Shown here in pieces: positions 1 to 9,979 of a stretch of 64,000 nucleotides of DNA. This DNA is from Treponemataceae bacterium (GTDB taxonomy: Bacteria; Spirochaetota; Spirochaetia; Treponematales; Rectinemataceae). The position numbers and the translations under genes were made by a program. Below the pieces are notes generated by a model, which was given only the letters and a program-made list of their open reading frames with translations, had not been told where the DNA came from and ran no database searches. The stretch lies in the NCBI GenBank assembly GCA_963677895.2, contig CAXXGJ010000002.1, positions 288,001 through 352,000 of the forward strand, written 5' to 3'. Numbering within the stretch: the stretch's first letter is position 1; the number at the start of each line of letters is the position of its first letter.

Positions 1-1
1 C

Positions 2-589
2 AAGGTGGGCATACTCGCCTACGCCGAGGACCCCTGCGGCGCCGAAAAAGGTTTTTCCGGCCGCGAGATCATGGCCGAGTTCAGGCGCGCGACAGGTCTC
101 CCCACCGCCACCAACATGATCGCGACCGACTGGCGGGAGATGGGGCATTCCATCGCGCTGCAATCGGTGAGCATCCCCCTGGCCGATCCGCATTTCTGGA
201 CCATGCAGGGCGCGGTGCGCGTCGCCCAGCTCTGCGATTCGTGGGGCCTCACCTGGGGCTGCCACTCCAACAACCACTTCGACATCTCGCTCGCCATGGT
301 GGCCCACACGGGAGCCGCGGCTCCGGGAACCATCGCCGCGCTGGATACGCACTGGATCTGGCAGGAAGGGCGCGAGCGCCTCACGCTGGATCCGCCTACG
401 ATCGTGGACGGAAACATAGTCGTGGACGAAACGCCGGGGCTTGGTGTCGAGCCCGATATGGGGCGCATCGACGCAGCGCACCGGCTCTATCTCGAACATT
501 GCCTCGGGGCTCGCGACGACGCGTTGGCCATGCAGTATCTCATTCACGGCTGGAAATTCGACAATAAAAAACCCTGCCTCATCAGGTAA
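2..589 (+). CDS. gudD: Glucarate dehydratase (enolase superfamily), 5'-truncated by the window edge
   Basis: Motifs [61 protein letters not shown] and FDNKKPCL; frame is open to the window start. Confidence 0.92.
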   Translation, partial: KVGILAYAEDPCGAEKGFSGREIMAEFRRATGLPTATNMIATDWREMGHSIALQSVSIPLADPHFWTMQGAVRVAQLCDSWGLTWGCHSNNHFDISLAMVAHTGAAAPGTIAALDTHWIWQEGRERLTLDPPTIVDGNIVVDETPGLGVEPDMGRIDAAHRLYLEHCLGARDDALAMQYLIHGWKFDNKKPCLIR

Positions 590-616
590 GGCGAACATCA
601 TTTTGGAGGAAACACT

Positions 617-1501
617 ATGAAAGTAGGATTCATCGGTTTGGGAATCATGGGCAAGCCCATGAGCAAGAACCTTCTGAAGAAAGGCTATTCGATAATCGTC
701 AACGATGTGAACAAAGCCGCCGTGGACGAACTCGTCGCCCTCGGCGCCGAAACGGCGGAAAACCCGAGAGAAGTCGCCAAACGAGCCGATGTCGTCATCA
801 CGATGCTGCCCAACTCTCCCCACGTGAAGCAGGTCGTCCTTGGCCCCAATGGCGTCATTGAGGCGGCGCGTCCCGGTCTCGCCTTCATCGACATGAGCTC
901 TATAGACCCGCTCGTCAGCCGCGAAGTGGGAGCCAAGTTGGCCGAAAAGGGCGTCGACATGCTCGATGCCCCCGTTTCTGGCGGCGAGCCCAAGGCCATC
1001 GACGGCACAATGTCAGTCATGGTCGGCGGCAAACAGGAAGTCTTCGAAAAGTATTTTGATCTCCTGAAAGCGATGGCGGGTTCCGTCGTCAGGACCGGCG
1101 AGATTGGCGCGGGCAACGTGACGAAGCTCGCCAATCAAATCATCGTCGCCGTGAACATCGCCGCTATGTCCGAGGCCCTGGTGATGGCCACGAAGGCAGG
1201 CGTCGATCCCGAACTCGTCTACAAGGCGATCCGCGGCGGGCTCGCAGGCTCCACCGTCCTCGATGCCAAGGTGCCCATGGTCATGGATCGCAACTTCAAG
1301 CCCGGCTTCCGCGTCAACCTCCATATAAAGGACCTCAACAACGCTCTCGAGACCGCGCACGGCGTCGGTGCTTCCGTACCTCTCACCGCCTCGGTGATGG
1401 AAATCCTTCAAAATGTCAAAGCGGATGGCATGGGAGACTTGGATCACAGCGCTATCGCCCGATATTATGAAAAGCTGGCGAAGGTAGAGGTGAAGCGCTG
1501 A
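617..1501 (+). CDS. garR: 2-hydroxy-3-oxopropionate (tartronate semialdehyde) reductase
   Basis: N-terminus MKVGFIGLGIMGKPMSKNL, DAPVSGGEPKAIDG, KLANQ, FKPGFR..LHIKDL; GGAGG RBS; lies between gudD and garD. Confidence 0.92.
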   Translation: MKVGFIGLGIMGKPMSKNLLKKGYSIIVNDVNKAAVDELVALGAETAENPREVAKRADVVITMLPNSPHVKQVVLGPNGVIEAARPGLAFIDMSSIDPLVSREVGAKLAEKGVDMLDAPVSGGEPKAIDGTMSVMVGGKQEVFEKYFDLLKAMAGSVVRTGEIGAGNVTKLANQIIVAVNIAAMSEALVMATKAGVDPELVYKAIRGGLAGSTVLDAKVPMVMDRNFKPGFRVNLHIKDLNNALETAHGVGASVPLTASVMEILQNVKADGMGDLDHSAIARYYEKLAKVEVKR

Positions 1502-1523
1502 AATCGATAGTGAGTAAACACAT

Positions 1524-2846
1524 ATGAGGATTGTGAAAGGCGGGGCTGTCTCCGCCCTGCTAGAGGGAACGCCGATTCCGCTAATGTTTCGCGCCAGCCA
1601 GGTTTTCCCTCGGCCCCGAATCGACGCGAAGGATATTCCATCTTCTGTGGCTGCGGAACTGGGGAAATCGGACATAGTGGAGCGGATCAGACCAGGGATG
1701 AGGGTGGCGATCACGGCGGGGAGTCGGGGTATAGCCAACATCGCGGTCATCACGAAGGCCATCGTCGACTTCGCCCGCGTTCGCGGAGCCCGGCCTTTCA
1801 TAGTGCCCGCTATGGGGAGCCATGGTGGCGCCAAGGCGGAAGGCCAGCGGGAAATTCTCTCCAGCTACGGCATCACGGAGAAAGCCATGGGCTGCCCTAT
1901 CGATGACCGCATGGATACGATTCTTTTAGGGCATTCGTCCTTAGGGAAGCCCGTATATTGCGCACGCGCGGCCATTGAGGCGGACGGCGTCATCGTCTCC
2001 TGCAGAGTAAAGCCGCATAACGCGTTCCGCGGGACTTACGAGAGCGGCATTCTAAAAATGCTGGTCGTAGGACTCGGTAAGCGCGAAGGAGCGGAGAGCG
2101 TCCACCGCGAAGGCATGGGTCTGATCGCCGAGAACTTGGTGGCGAACGCGCGCGTTGTCTTGGACAAAGCGCCTGTCCTCTGCGCCTTGCCTTGTGTCGA
2201 AAATGCCTACGATGAAACATGCCTAATCGAGGCTATGCCTCCAAATCTCATTCTTGAGCGTGAACCCGAGCTTCTGGCATTGGCCTTCACGAACATGCCG
2301 CGCATACTCGTCGGCGAGGCCGACGTCCTCATCGTCGATGAAATTGGCAAGAACTTCTCCGGCACGGGAGTGGACCCGAATGTGACAGGCACTTTTTCCA
2401 CCGAATTCGCTTCGGGCGGTTTGAAAGTTCAGCGCACCTGTATGCTCCGACTCTCCGAATGTTCCCACGGCAACGGTTTGGGCACGGGGCTGGCGAGCGT
2501 GATCACGAAACGGCTTTTCGACGAACTCGAGGCCGAGATGATGTACCCCAATTGCTTGACGAGCACAGTCCTCAAATCCGCGATGATACCCATGGTTGTC
2601 TCGGATGAAAGGGAGGCTATTCAGGCCTGTCTTCGTACGTTGAACGGGGTCGAGCCCGGCGAAGCGCGCGTGGCGAGGATTGCCAACAGCCTCCATATCG
2701 GCCAGATTATGCTCTCCGAGGCTTATTACGCGGAAGTGCTTCGCGGCGCCTATCCCGGCGTGGAAGCCCTGAGCGAGCCTCGCATACTCGCTTTCGACGC
2801 GTCGGGAGATCTTGTAGAACCAACGATTTTTGAAGGCGAGGTATGA
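1524..2846 (+). CDS. Lactate racemase (LarA/DUF2088/DUF362)-like protein
   Basis: AITAGSRGIANI, PAMGSHGG, RVKPH..F, ESGILKMLVVGLGK and GKNFSGTGVDPNV motifs. Confidence 0.7.
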   Translation: MRIVKGGAVSALLEGTPIPLMFRASQVFPRPRIDAKDIPSSVAAELGKSDIVERIRPGMRVAITAGSRGIANIAVITKAIVDFARVRGARPFIVPAMGSHGGAKAEGQREILSSYGITEKAMGCPIDDRMDTILLGHSSLGKPVYCARAAIEADGVIVSCRVKPHNAFRGTYESGILKMLVVGLGKREGAESVHREGMGLIAENLVANARVVLDKAPVLCALPCVENAYDETCLIEAMPPNLILEREPELLALAFTNMPRILVGEADVLIVDEIGKNFSGTGVDPNVTGTFSTEFASGGLKVQRTCMLRLSECSHGNGLGTGLASVITKRLFDELEAEMMYPNCLTSTVLKSAMIPMVVSDEREAIQACLRTLNGVEPGEARVARIANSLHIGQIMLSEAYYAEVLRGAYPGVEALSEPRILAFDASGDLVEPTIFEGEV

Positions 2847-2993
2847 TGATCGATTTCCGAGCCAGAGTTGCGGACAATTACCGCTTTTTCAACGTATGGT
2901 CATGCTCGGTTTGGCCCTGGGCGGTGTCACTTCCTCTATGTTTTTTTTCTATTCGACGGCACCGTCGGCATCAGCTTCAGGAGGTACGAGGAT

Positions 2994-4535
2994 ATGGTCG
3001 ATAACGAAAAAATGGCTCCTCTCTATATCAAGGTGAACCCGGAAGATAATGTTGCCATCGTGGTGAACGAGGGCGGACTTGATAAAGGGGCGGTTTTCCC
3101 CGATGGTCTCGTGCTTCTCGAACATATCCCGCAGGGACATAAAGTTGCTCTCGTCGACATAGAAAAAAATGGCTTGATCCTGCGCTATGGCCAGACGATA
3201 GGCTATGCGAAGCGCCGACTTCCGAGGGGAAGCTGGGTCGAGGAATCTTCTGTCGTCCTGCCCCCCGCCCCCGATCTCGACAGCCTGCCGCTTGCCACGT
3301 TTCATGGCAGGTCGGCCGAAAAGCTCGAAGACCTGTTTTTCGAGGGATATAGGAACGCTGACGAAAGGGTGGGATCGAAGAATCTTCTCGGCCTCGTGCC
3401 GAGCGTCCAGTGTGTGGCTGGCGTCCTCCAGCATGTGGCCGCCAGAATAGAAAAAGAATTGTTGCCGCGTTTTCCCCATGTCGATGGGGTGGTAGCTTTG
3501 AACCATTCTTACGGTTGCGGCGTCGCAATCTCGGCTCCCTTCGCTGAAATTCCGATTCGGACGATACGGAATCTGGCCGCTCATCCGAACTTCGGCGGCC
3601 AGGCCCTCATCGTGGGACTGGGTTGCGAAAAGCTTCAGCCGGAATTGATCGCGCCCGCCTGCAGAGCTGGTGATGCCGCAGCCGTAATCGTCCGCCTCCA
3701 GGAAGAAGCCGGCTTTTCCGGCATGGTAGAGAGGCTCATGCGGCTCGCCGAAGAGCGCCTTCAGATTCTCGAGAAACGCCGGCGCGAACCTTGCCCACTC
3801 TCCGACCTCGTCGTTGGCCTCCAGTGCGGCGGCTCCGACGCTTTCTCGGGCGTGACCGCCAATCCGGCGATCGGCTACGCGGCCGACCTCCTCGTGCGCG
3901 CCGACGCCACGGTCATGTTCTCCGAAGTGACCGAGGTGCGCGACGGCATCCACCTCCTCACGTCGCGCGCCGCGACGCCCGAAGTCGGGGCCGCGCTGGT
4001 TCGCGAGATGAAATGGTACGACGAGTATCTCGAGCGCGGCGGCGTCGACCGCAGCGCTAACCCTACGCCGGGCAACAAGAAAGGCGGCCTGGCGAACATC
4101 GTGGAAAAGGCCCTCGGCTCGATCGCGAAATCGGGGACCAGCCCCATCGCGTCGGTGTTGGCCCCGGGAGAGCTTGTCGTGGGAAAAGGACTTGTCTTTG
4201 CCGCGACGCCCGCGAGCGATTTCATCTGCGGCACGCTCCAGCTGGCTTCGGGCATCCATCTTCAAGTATTCTCGACGGGAAGGGGAACTCCGTATGGCCT
4301 CGCCATGGCGCCCGTCATAAAAGTGGGATCGAGGAGCATCCTCGCGAGACAATGGCCCGACCTCATCGACATAGACGCCGGCCGCATCGCGACGGGAGAA
4401 TCCTCGATCGAGGAAATCGGTCGCGAAATCTTCAACTTCATCATCGACGCCGCCAGCGGCCGGAGACAGCCTTGGGCCGATCGTCATGGGCTGCGCAACG
4501 ATCTTGTCCTCTTCAATCCGAGCCCGGTCACCTGA
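2994..4535 (+). CDS. garD: Galactarate dehydratase (SAF + GD_AH domains)
   Basis: [58 protein letters not shown] at 2994 follows AGGAGG. Confidence 0.92.
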   Translation: MVDNEKMAPLYIKVNPEDNVAIVVNEGGLDKGAVFPDGLVLLEHIPQGHKVALVDIEKNGLILRYGQTIGYAKRRLPRGSWVEESSVVLPPAPDLDSLPLATFHGRSAEKLEDLFFEGYRNADERVGSKNLLGLVPSVQCVAGVLQHVAARIEKELLPRFPHVDGVVALNHSYGCGVAISAPFAEIPIRTIRNLAAHPNFGGQALIVGLGCEKLQPELIAPACRAGDAAAVIVRLQEEAGFSGMVERLMRLAEERLQILEKRRREPCPLSDLVVGLQCGGSDAFSGVTANPAIGYAADLLVRADATVMFSEVTEVRDGIHLLTSRAATPEVGAALVREMKWYDEYLERGGVDRSANPTPGNKKGGLANIVEKALGSIAKSGTSPIASVLAPGELVVGKGLVFAATPASDFICGTLQLASGIHLQVFSTGRGTPYGLAMAPVIKVGSRSILARQWPDLIDIDAGRIATGESSIEEIGREIFNFIIDAASGRRQPWADRHGLRNDLVLFNPSPVT

Positions 4536-4581
4536 ACTAGGTCGCCTGAGCTCGGTCTCCTGAGTCCGACTACCTGAAACT
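4526..4581 (+). repeat. Four degenerate 14-bp tandem repeats with an invariant CCTGA core
   Basis: GGTCACCTGAACTA / GGTCGCCTGAGCTC / GGTCTCCTGAGTCC / GACTACCTGAAACT; the first unit contains the garD stop codon. Confidence 0.6.
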
Positions 4582-4641
4582 CCCGAGGGAACTCCTCATT
4601 GGGAAATCCGCATGCCCGTCCTCTGGACAAATGACGTTGGC

Positions 4642-4712
4642 TGAAAGATTATTTCTTTACAGCCAGGTTTTGCCGTGATATTGTGTAATAGAATTTCAAG
4701 CTTAGAATTTCA
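4642..4712 (+). promoter_or_regulatory. Putative sigma70 promoter flanked by two TGWAA-N5-TTTC operator-like sites
   Basis: TTTACA(4656)-17 bp-TATTGT(4679) with extended TGn; TGAAAGATTATTTCT at 4642 and TGTAATAGAATTTCA at 4684; direct repeat TAGAATTTCA at 4689 and 4703. Confidence 0.55.
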
Positions 4713-4722
4713 GGAGGCGGTT

Positions 4723-5967
4723 ATGCAGTTCAAACGGACGGCGGTGGCGGTACTTCTCGCGCTTCTCGCCCTGAGCTCGGTTTTCGCGCAGAAAACCACG
4801 ATCAATTTCTGGACCTGGCGTCCCGAAGACGTCGAAACCTACGACAAGCTGATTGCCATATTCGAAAAAGCGAATCCAGGCGTCAAGATTGTCCAGACGG
4901 CGCACAAGAGCACCGACTACAACACCATACTCTCCGCGGCGCTCTCGGGCGGCTCGGGTCCTGACATCTTCCAGAGCCGCGCCTATGGCGGTCTCGAAAC
5001 CTTCGCCCAGTCGGGCTTCCTCGAACCCGTTGAGAAATGGGTTCCCGAAGTCAAGAATTTCGACAAAGGCCCGCTCCGCGGCGCCACGTCGATCAAGGAC
5101 GGAAAGATCTACGGCGTACCCTTCGCCAGCCAGACCCTCTTCGTGTTCTATAATAAAGCTCTGTACAAGGAACTCGGCCTCTCCGTGCCCGAGACATGGG
5201 AGCAGTTCATCGGCAATCTCCAGGCCATGAAGAAAGCGGGAATCCAGCCCCTCGCCAACGGCGGCAAGGACGGATGGACGCTCGAAGTCATGATGGGATC
5301 GATGTGCCCCAACTTCTACGGCGCCAATGACTTCTTCGACGCTGTCGTGGCGGGCAAGACCACCTTCCAGGATCCGCGTTTCGTGGGCGCCATCGCCAAG
5401 CTCAAGGAACTCACGCCCTTCATGCCCGACCTCTACATGGGCGTCGCCTATACCGACGCGCAGTCCTCCTTCATCAACGAGGTCGCCGGCCACTTCATCG
5501 GCGGAAGCTTCGAAGCTGGCTATTTCTCGGCCCAGAACCCCAAGCTCGACTATGACGTGTTCGCTCCTCCCGTCGCCAAAAAAGGCGATCCGCACTACGT
5601 CTCCGTCTACGCCGACGGCAACTTCAGCATGAACGCCGCGGGCAAGAACAAAGAAGCGGCCGCGAAGTTCCTCCGTTTCCTCGCCGGCAAAGATACCGGC
5701 AACGCCTTCATCAAGGAACTGAAGCAAGTCTCCGCCGTCCCCGGCGTCGATACTTCGACCTCGCCCTATATTTCCAAGGTTCTCTCGCTCCAGAAATACA
5801 ACACGCCCTACCTCATGCTCGTCGGTTTCAGGTATCAGCAGCCCACGGGATCCGTGCTGATCCAGGCCGCTCTCCAGGGCTTCATGGCCGGCAAATTCGA
5901 CGCCGCCGAAGTCGCCAAGCAAGTTCAGGAAGGCATCGCCACCTACTACGCGCCATTCAAGAAATAA
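4723..5967 (+). CDS. Carbohydrate ABC transporter substrate-binding protein
   Basis: Signal peptide ending VFAQ, FWTWRPED, GSGPDIF, DGKIYGVP..FYNK; AGGAGG RBS. Confidence 0.88.
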   Translation: MQFKRTAVAVLLALLALSSVFAQKTTINFWTWRPEDVETYDKLIAIFEKANPGVKIVQTAHKSTDYNTILSAALSGGSGPDIFQSRAYGGLETFAQSGFLEPVEKWVPEVKNFDKGPLRGATSIKDGKIYGVPFASQTLFVFYNKALYKELGLSVPETWEQFIGNLQAMKKAGIQPLANGGKDGWTLEVMMGSMCPNFYGANDFFDAVVAGKTTFQDPRFVGAIAKLKELTPFMPDLYMGVAYTDAQSSFINEVAGHFIGGSFEAGYFSAQNPKLDYDVFAPPVAKKGDPHYVSVYADGNFSMNAAGKNKEAAAKFLRFLAGKDTGNAFIKELKQVSAVPGVDTSTSPYISKVLSLQKYNTPYLMLVGFRYQQPTGSVLIQAALQGFMAGKFDAAEVAKQVQEGIATYYAPFKK

Positions 5968-5985
5968 CAGCCTGACCAATTTCCG

Positions 5986-6022
5986 GCCGGAGACTTTCCT
6001 TTAATAAAGGGAAGCCTCCGGC
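5986..6022 (+). terminator. Intercistronic stem-loop after the SBP gene (mRNA stabiliser or attenuator)
   Basis: GCCGGAGACTTTCCTTT-AAT-AAAGGGAAGCCTCCGGC imperfect inverted repeat; no clear U tract. Confidence 0.55.
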
Positions 6023-6060
6023 GCCTTCATTTCCCAATCCGGCATCCTTCAGCCATTGCC

Positions 6061-7014
6061 ATGGCGAAAGCGATCGGCCATGTATCCAGGAGCAAGAACT
6101 TGACGAGAAAAGACGCGCGCAAAGGTTTATGGATAGCGTTTTTCGTAACGCCAGGGCTGACGATAGTCGCGGTAGTCATCCTCCTGCCGCTTTTCATGTC
6201 GCTCTTCAACAGCCTTTTCAGCTGGACACAGCTTCTTCGGAGCGACTTCGTGGGATTCGAGAATTTCAGGAGGGTGTTCTTCACCGAACCCTATAAAACG
6301 AGATTTTTCAACGCGCTGGGCAACAACGCGAAATGGTTCGTCTTCACGATGCTGATCCAGAACAGCCTGGGCCTCCTCTTCGGCTATCTGCTTTCGCGGA
6401 AAGTGCCGGGCCATGAGTTTTTCAAGCGCGTGATTTTCATACCGGTCCTGTTCTCCATCGTCGCCGTAGGCTTCCTGTGGAGCCTCTACCTGCGACCCAA
6501 CGGCCTGCTCAATGGCGTGCTGAAGCTCGCCGGCCGACCCGATCTCATGCGGGCATGGCTGGGCGAAGAGGCCATAGCCACATTTACGATTATTTTAGTC
6601 AACATCTGGCGCTGGGTAGGCTTTCCAAGCCTGGTATTCCTCGCCGCCATCGACAATGTGCCCACCGACTGCCTGGAAGCGGCATACCTCGACGGAGCCA
6701 AAGAATCCACCGTTTTCAGGAGGATCGTGCTGCCCCTCATCATCCCGTCCATCACGGTCATCACGGTGCTCACCATCATCGGAAGCCTCAATGTCTTCGA
6801 GCAGATCTACACGATGGCCGGTCTCGACGGCTCGCCCAACTTCTCCACGGATACGATAGGAACGCTTTTCTACAGGACAGCCTTCGGATCGGTGGATTCG
6901 GGCAGTCCCGAAATCGGCATAGGATCGGCGATAGGCGTCATCATCTATGGCCTCACCTTTTTCGCGTCGGTGTTCTCCATTTCGGCGCTCTCGAAAAAGG
7001 AGGTGGAGCTGTGA
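6061..7014 (+). CDS. Carbohydrate ABC transporter permease 1
   Basis: Multiple transmembrane segments; EAA loop LEAAYLDGA. Confidence 0.88.
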   Translation: MAKAIGHVSRSKNLTRKDARKGLWIAFFVTPGLTIVAVVILLPLFMSLFNSLFSWTQLLRSDFVGFENFRRVFFTEPYKTRFFNALGNNAKWFVFTMLIQNSLGLLFGYLLSRKVPGHEFFKRVIFIPVLFSIVAVGFLWSLYLRPNGLLNGVLKLAGRPDLMRAWLGEEAIATFTIILVNIWRWVGFPSLVFLAAIDNVPTDCLEAAYLDGAKESTVFRRIVLPLIIPSITVITVLTIIGSLNVFEQIYTMAGLDGSPNFSTDTIGTLFYRTAFGSVDSGSPEIGIGSAIGVIIYGLTFFASVFSISALSKKEVEL

Positions 7015-7865
7015 CCACAGATTTCCGCTTCCGCGGCGCCGGAACAGGAAGGAAGATCGCCATCGCGGCGATAGAAGTCGTCCTCGCTTTTTATGCCCTC
7101 CTCATCTTCTACCCCCTCGTCAACATGGTGCTTTCGTCGTTCAAAAGCACGAGGGAAATACTGCGTACGCCCTTCGCCCTGCCGAGCACATGGGATTTTT
7201 CCAACTATGTGACAGTATGGGTCAAGAAAGGATTTGGGCGCTACTTCTTCAACAGTCTCTGGATAACCACAGTATCGATGGTCTTCGTGCTGATCTTCGG
7301 CTCGATGGCGGCATTCGGCCTGTCCCGCTACAAATACAAATTATCCACCCTCGTCTACATGCTCTTCCTTTCGGGCATCATGCTGCCGCTCAAGGCAGCG
7401 ATCATCCCGCTTTTCATACTCATGAAAAAAATGAACCTCGTGGACAAGCCCCTCTCGGTGATCCTCATCTTCATCGGCATGGGGCTGCCTTCGACGGTTT
7501 TTATACTTTCCGGATTCATGAAGGCCATACCGATCGATCTCGAATACGCCGCCCGCATAGATGGCTGCTCGGACTGGGCCATCTATCGCAGGATCGTGAT
7601 GCCGGTCGTGGCGCCCGCCATCACCCTCGTCACGATCTACAACGCCGTCCCCATCTGGAACGACTTTTTCTTCCCTCTCGTCTTCCTGCAGAACAACAAA
7701 TGGAAGACGCTTCCCGTGGGGCTGACGAGCTTTTTCGGCCAATACAGCACGGACTGGAGCCTCTGCTTCACCGGACTGTCCATAGCCGTCGTCCCCGTCC
7801 TCATTCTCTATCTTTTCATGGCGAAATATTTTATCCGCGGCATGACGGCTGGCGCCGTGAAATGA
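7011..7865 (+). CDS. Carbohydrate ABC transporter permease 2
   Basis: GTGA overlap with AGGAGG RBS; LEYAARIDG, WNDFFFPL, C-terminal GMTAGAVK. Confidence 0.88.
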   Translation: MTTDFRFRGAGTGRKIAIAAIEVVLAFYALLIFYPLVNMVLSSFKSTREILRTPFALPSTWDFSNYVTVWVKKGFGRYFFNSLWITTVSMVFVLIFGSMAAFGLSRYKYKLSTLVYMLFLSGIMLPLKAAIIPLFILMKKMNLVDKPLSVILIFIGMGLPSTVFILSGFMKAIPIDLEYAARIDGCSDWAIYRRIVMPVVAPAITLVTIYNAVPIWNDFFFPLVFLQNNKWKTLPVGLTSFFGQYSTDWSLCFTGLSIAVVPVLILYLFMAKYFIRGMTAGAVK

Positions 7866-7890
7866 AACCGCGCGGAGCACGGAGCTTTAC

Positions 7891-9108
7891 ATGACCAAAG
7901 GCGAACTGACGGCGTTCAGAAAATTATATGAAAAAGAACTCTTTGAAAGCGTGGTCCCTTTCTGGGAGCGCCACAGCCCGGACCGCGAGGCCGGGGGATA
8001 CTTCAGCTGCATGGATCGCGACGGGACGGTTTTCGACAAAGACAAATTCATGTGGATGCAGGGCCGCGAAGTCTGGGGATTTTCCCACCTCTACAGGACG
8101 GTGAGACAGGAACCCCGCTGGCTTGACATGGCGAGGCTGGGCGCCGATTTCCTCCGCGAGAAGGGAAGGGCGCCGAACGGCGACTTCTGGTTCGCGGTCG
8201 ACCGCGAAGGGAAACCCCTCGTGCAGCCCTACAATATCTATTCGGACTGTTTCTGCGCGGCGGGTTTGGCTGAATACGGCCGCGCGTCGGGCGAAACCTG
8301 GGCGACGCGGATGGCGGTCTCCACCTGGAACCGCATACAGGAGCGCAAGGCCAACCCCAAGGGGCAATGGAACAAGCAGATCGGCGCGAACCGCCCGATT
8401 CTCGCCATGTCCTTCCCGATGATGCAGGTGTGGATGGCGGGCGTTATGGAAGGCCTCGTGCCCCAGTCCGAACTGGACGCGATCGTGGACGCCGCGATAC
8501 GGCAGGTGCTGACGCTTCACCTGGATCGCGAGCGCAAGGCTCTCTTCGAGAGAGTATTCGCCGACGGTACCCGCCCCGACTGCATGGAAGGCCGGCTGCT
8601 GACGCCCGGCCACGCGCTCGAAACCCTGTGGTTCATCATGAGCGTGGCGGAGAAGCGGGGCGATGTCGCCATGATCGAGACGGCGCGGGACGCCATGCTC
8701 TGGACTGTCGAACGCGGCTGGGACCAAACCTATGGCGGCATCTACTACTATCAGGATTTCGAGGGCTTCCCCACCGATAAAATCGAGGCGGGCATGAAGC
8801 TGTGGTGGGTCCACGCCGAGGCGCTCTGCGCCTTTCTCCTTGCATACAAGCTGACGGGCGATCCGGCCTGCGAAGCCTGGTTCAGGAAGATACATGACTG
8901 GACATGGAAGAGATTCCCCGATCCCGAACATGGGGAGTGGTATGGCTATCTGGACAGGAGGGGCGAGGTGGCGCTCACGCTCAAGGGCGGAAAGTGGAAG
9001 GGCTTTTTCCACATACCCCGCGACCTTCTCGCCTGCATCGGATGGCTGAAGGAGATGGAAGCGTCCAGCGGGGACGAAGAGCGGAAAGACGGGCGAAGCG
9101 ATGGATGA
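7891..9108 (+). CDS. N-acylglucosamine 2-epimerase (AGE family)
   Basis: DKFMWMQGR.VW, QPYNIYSDCF, EGRLLTPGHALE..WF, KLWWVHAE, LKGGKWKGFFH. Confidence 0.9.
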   Translation: MTKGELTAFRKLYEKELFESVVPFWERHSPDREAGGYFSCMDRDGTVFDKDKFMWMQGREVWGFSHLYRTVRQEPRWLDMARLGADFLREKGRAPNGDFWFAVDREGKPLVQPYNIYSDCFCAAGLAEYGRASGETWATRMAVSTWNRIQERKANPKGQWNKQIGANRPILAMSFPMMQVWMAGVMEGLVPQSELDAIVDAAIRQVLTLHLDRERKALFERVFADGTRPDCMEGRLLTPGHALETLWFIMSVAEKRGDVAMIETARDAMLWTVERGWDQTYGGIYYYQDFEGFPTDKIEAGMKLWWVHAEALCAFLLAYKLTGDPACEAWFRKIHDWTWKRFPDPEHGEWYGYLDRRGEVALTLKGGKWKGFFHIPRDLLACIGWLKEMEASSGDEERKDGRSDG

Positions 9109-9979
9109 AATAGGCAATCTCGACGGCGCCCTGACGGCCATTCGCGTCCGCCTGGCCAGCCTTTCGGAGGCCGAGCGCAAGGTGGCCGATTATGTCTTCA
9201 GGGAGCCGAAGAAGACGCTGTACTACAACGTGGGCGAACTGGCCAGGCAGAGCGGCGTCAGCCAAGCGGCGGTCATCAGGTTCTGCAAAAGGACGGGCCT
9301 CGGAAGCTACAATGACTTCAAGATGCGACTCGCCCAGGACGTCTTCAGCGATTTCGACGAACGATTCATCCCCGACCTCGACCTGGAGTCCATGACGCCA
9401 CCCGAGCAGGTCATCCGGAGCGTGATCGCTTTTTCCCAGCAGGGACTTTCCCAGCTGAGCGCGCTTTTGGATCCGAAAGTGATGGAAGCGGCCTCCAACG
9501 CCATCATCGGGGCTTCCTCCACGGCCCTCTTCGGCGTCGGGGCTTCCGGCATCGTCGCCAACGATTTCCTCCAGAAGCTCCTGCGCATCGGTCTCCATTC
9601 CTTCTTTACGGCAGACATGGACCTGCAGGTGACGGCAGCCGCCTCGCTCAAGCCGAGCGACGTCGCTTTCGTGATATCCTATTCGGGGGAAAACGCGGGA
9701 ATGCTGGAAGCGGCGAAACAGGCAAAGCTGCGCGGAGCGAAGGTCATCAGCCTTACGATGGACAGCGCGAACAGCATACGCGCCGTAGCGGACATTAAGT
9801 TGCTTGTGCCGGCCTCGGAACGGATTTACAGGCAAGCCGCCGTCACGTCGCGCATCAACCAGCTGACGGTCGTCGATATCCTCTATTCCATCATCGTCTC
9901 GAAAAATCTCGACATGTCGATCGCGGCCCTGGAGCGCACGATGGCCGCGACCCACCAGAGGAAAGGAAAAGTCCCATGA
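9101..9979 (+). CDS. MurR/RpiR family transcriptional regulator (HTH + SIS)
   Basis: LSEAERKVADY, ELA..SGVSQAAVIRFCKR.G...Y.DFK, FGVGAS, ISYSGE. Confidence 0.92.
   Translation: MDEIGNLDGALTAIRVRLASLSEAERKVADYVFREPKKTLYYNVGELARQSGVSQAAVIRFCKRTGLGSYNDFKMRLAQDVFSDFDERFIPDLDLESMTPPEQVIRSVIAFSQQGLSQLSALLDPKVMEAASNAIIGASSTALFGVGASGIVANDFLQKLLRIGLHSFFTADMDLQVTAAASLKPSDVAFVISYSGENAGMLEAAKQAKLRGAKVISLTMDSANSIRAVADIKLLVPASERIYRQAAVTSRINQLTVVDILYSIIVSKNLDMSIAALERTMAATHQRKGKVP

Noticed and set aside
4526..4581. CRISPR-like array
   Set aside because: Units are 14 bp, contiguous and have no spacers; no cas genes in the window
6477..7010. Long N-terminal extensions in the ORF track (also on 16601-18415, 49282-51099, 59196-60836)
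   Set aside because: They overlap upstream genes out of frame; downstream starts with an RBS or stop-start overlap fit the family lengths
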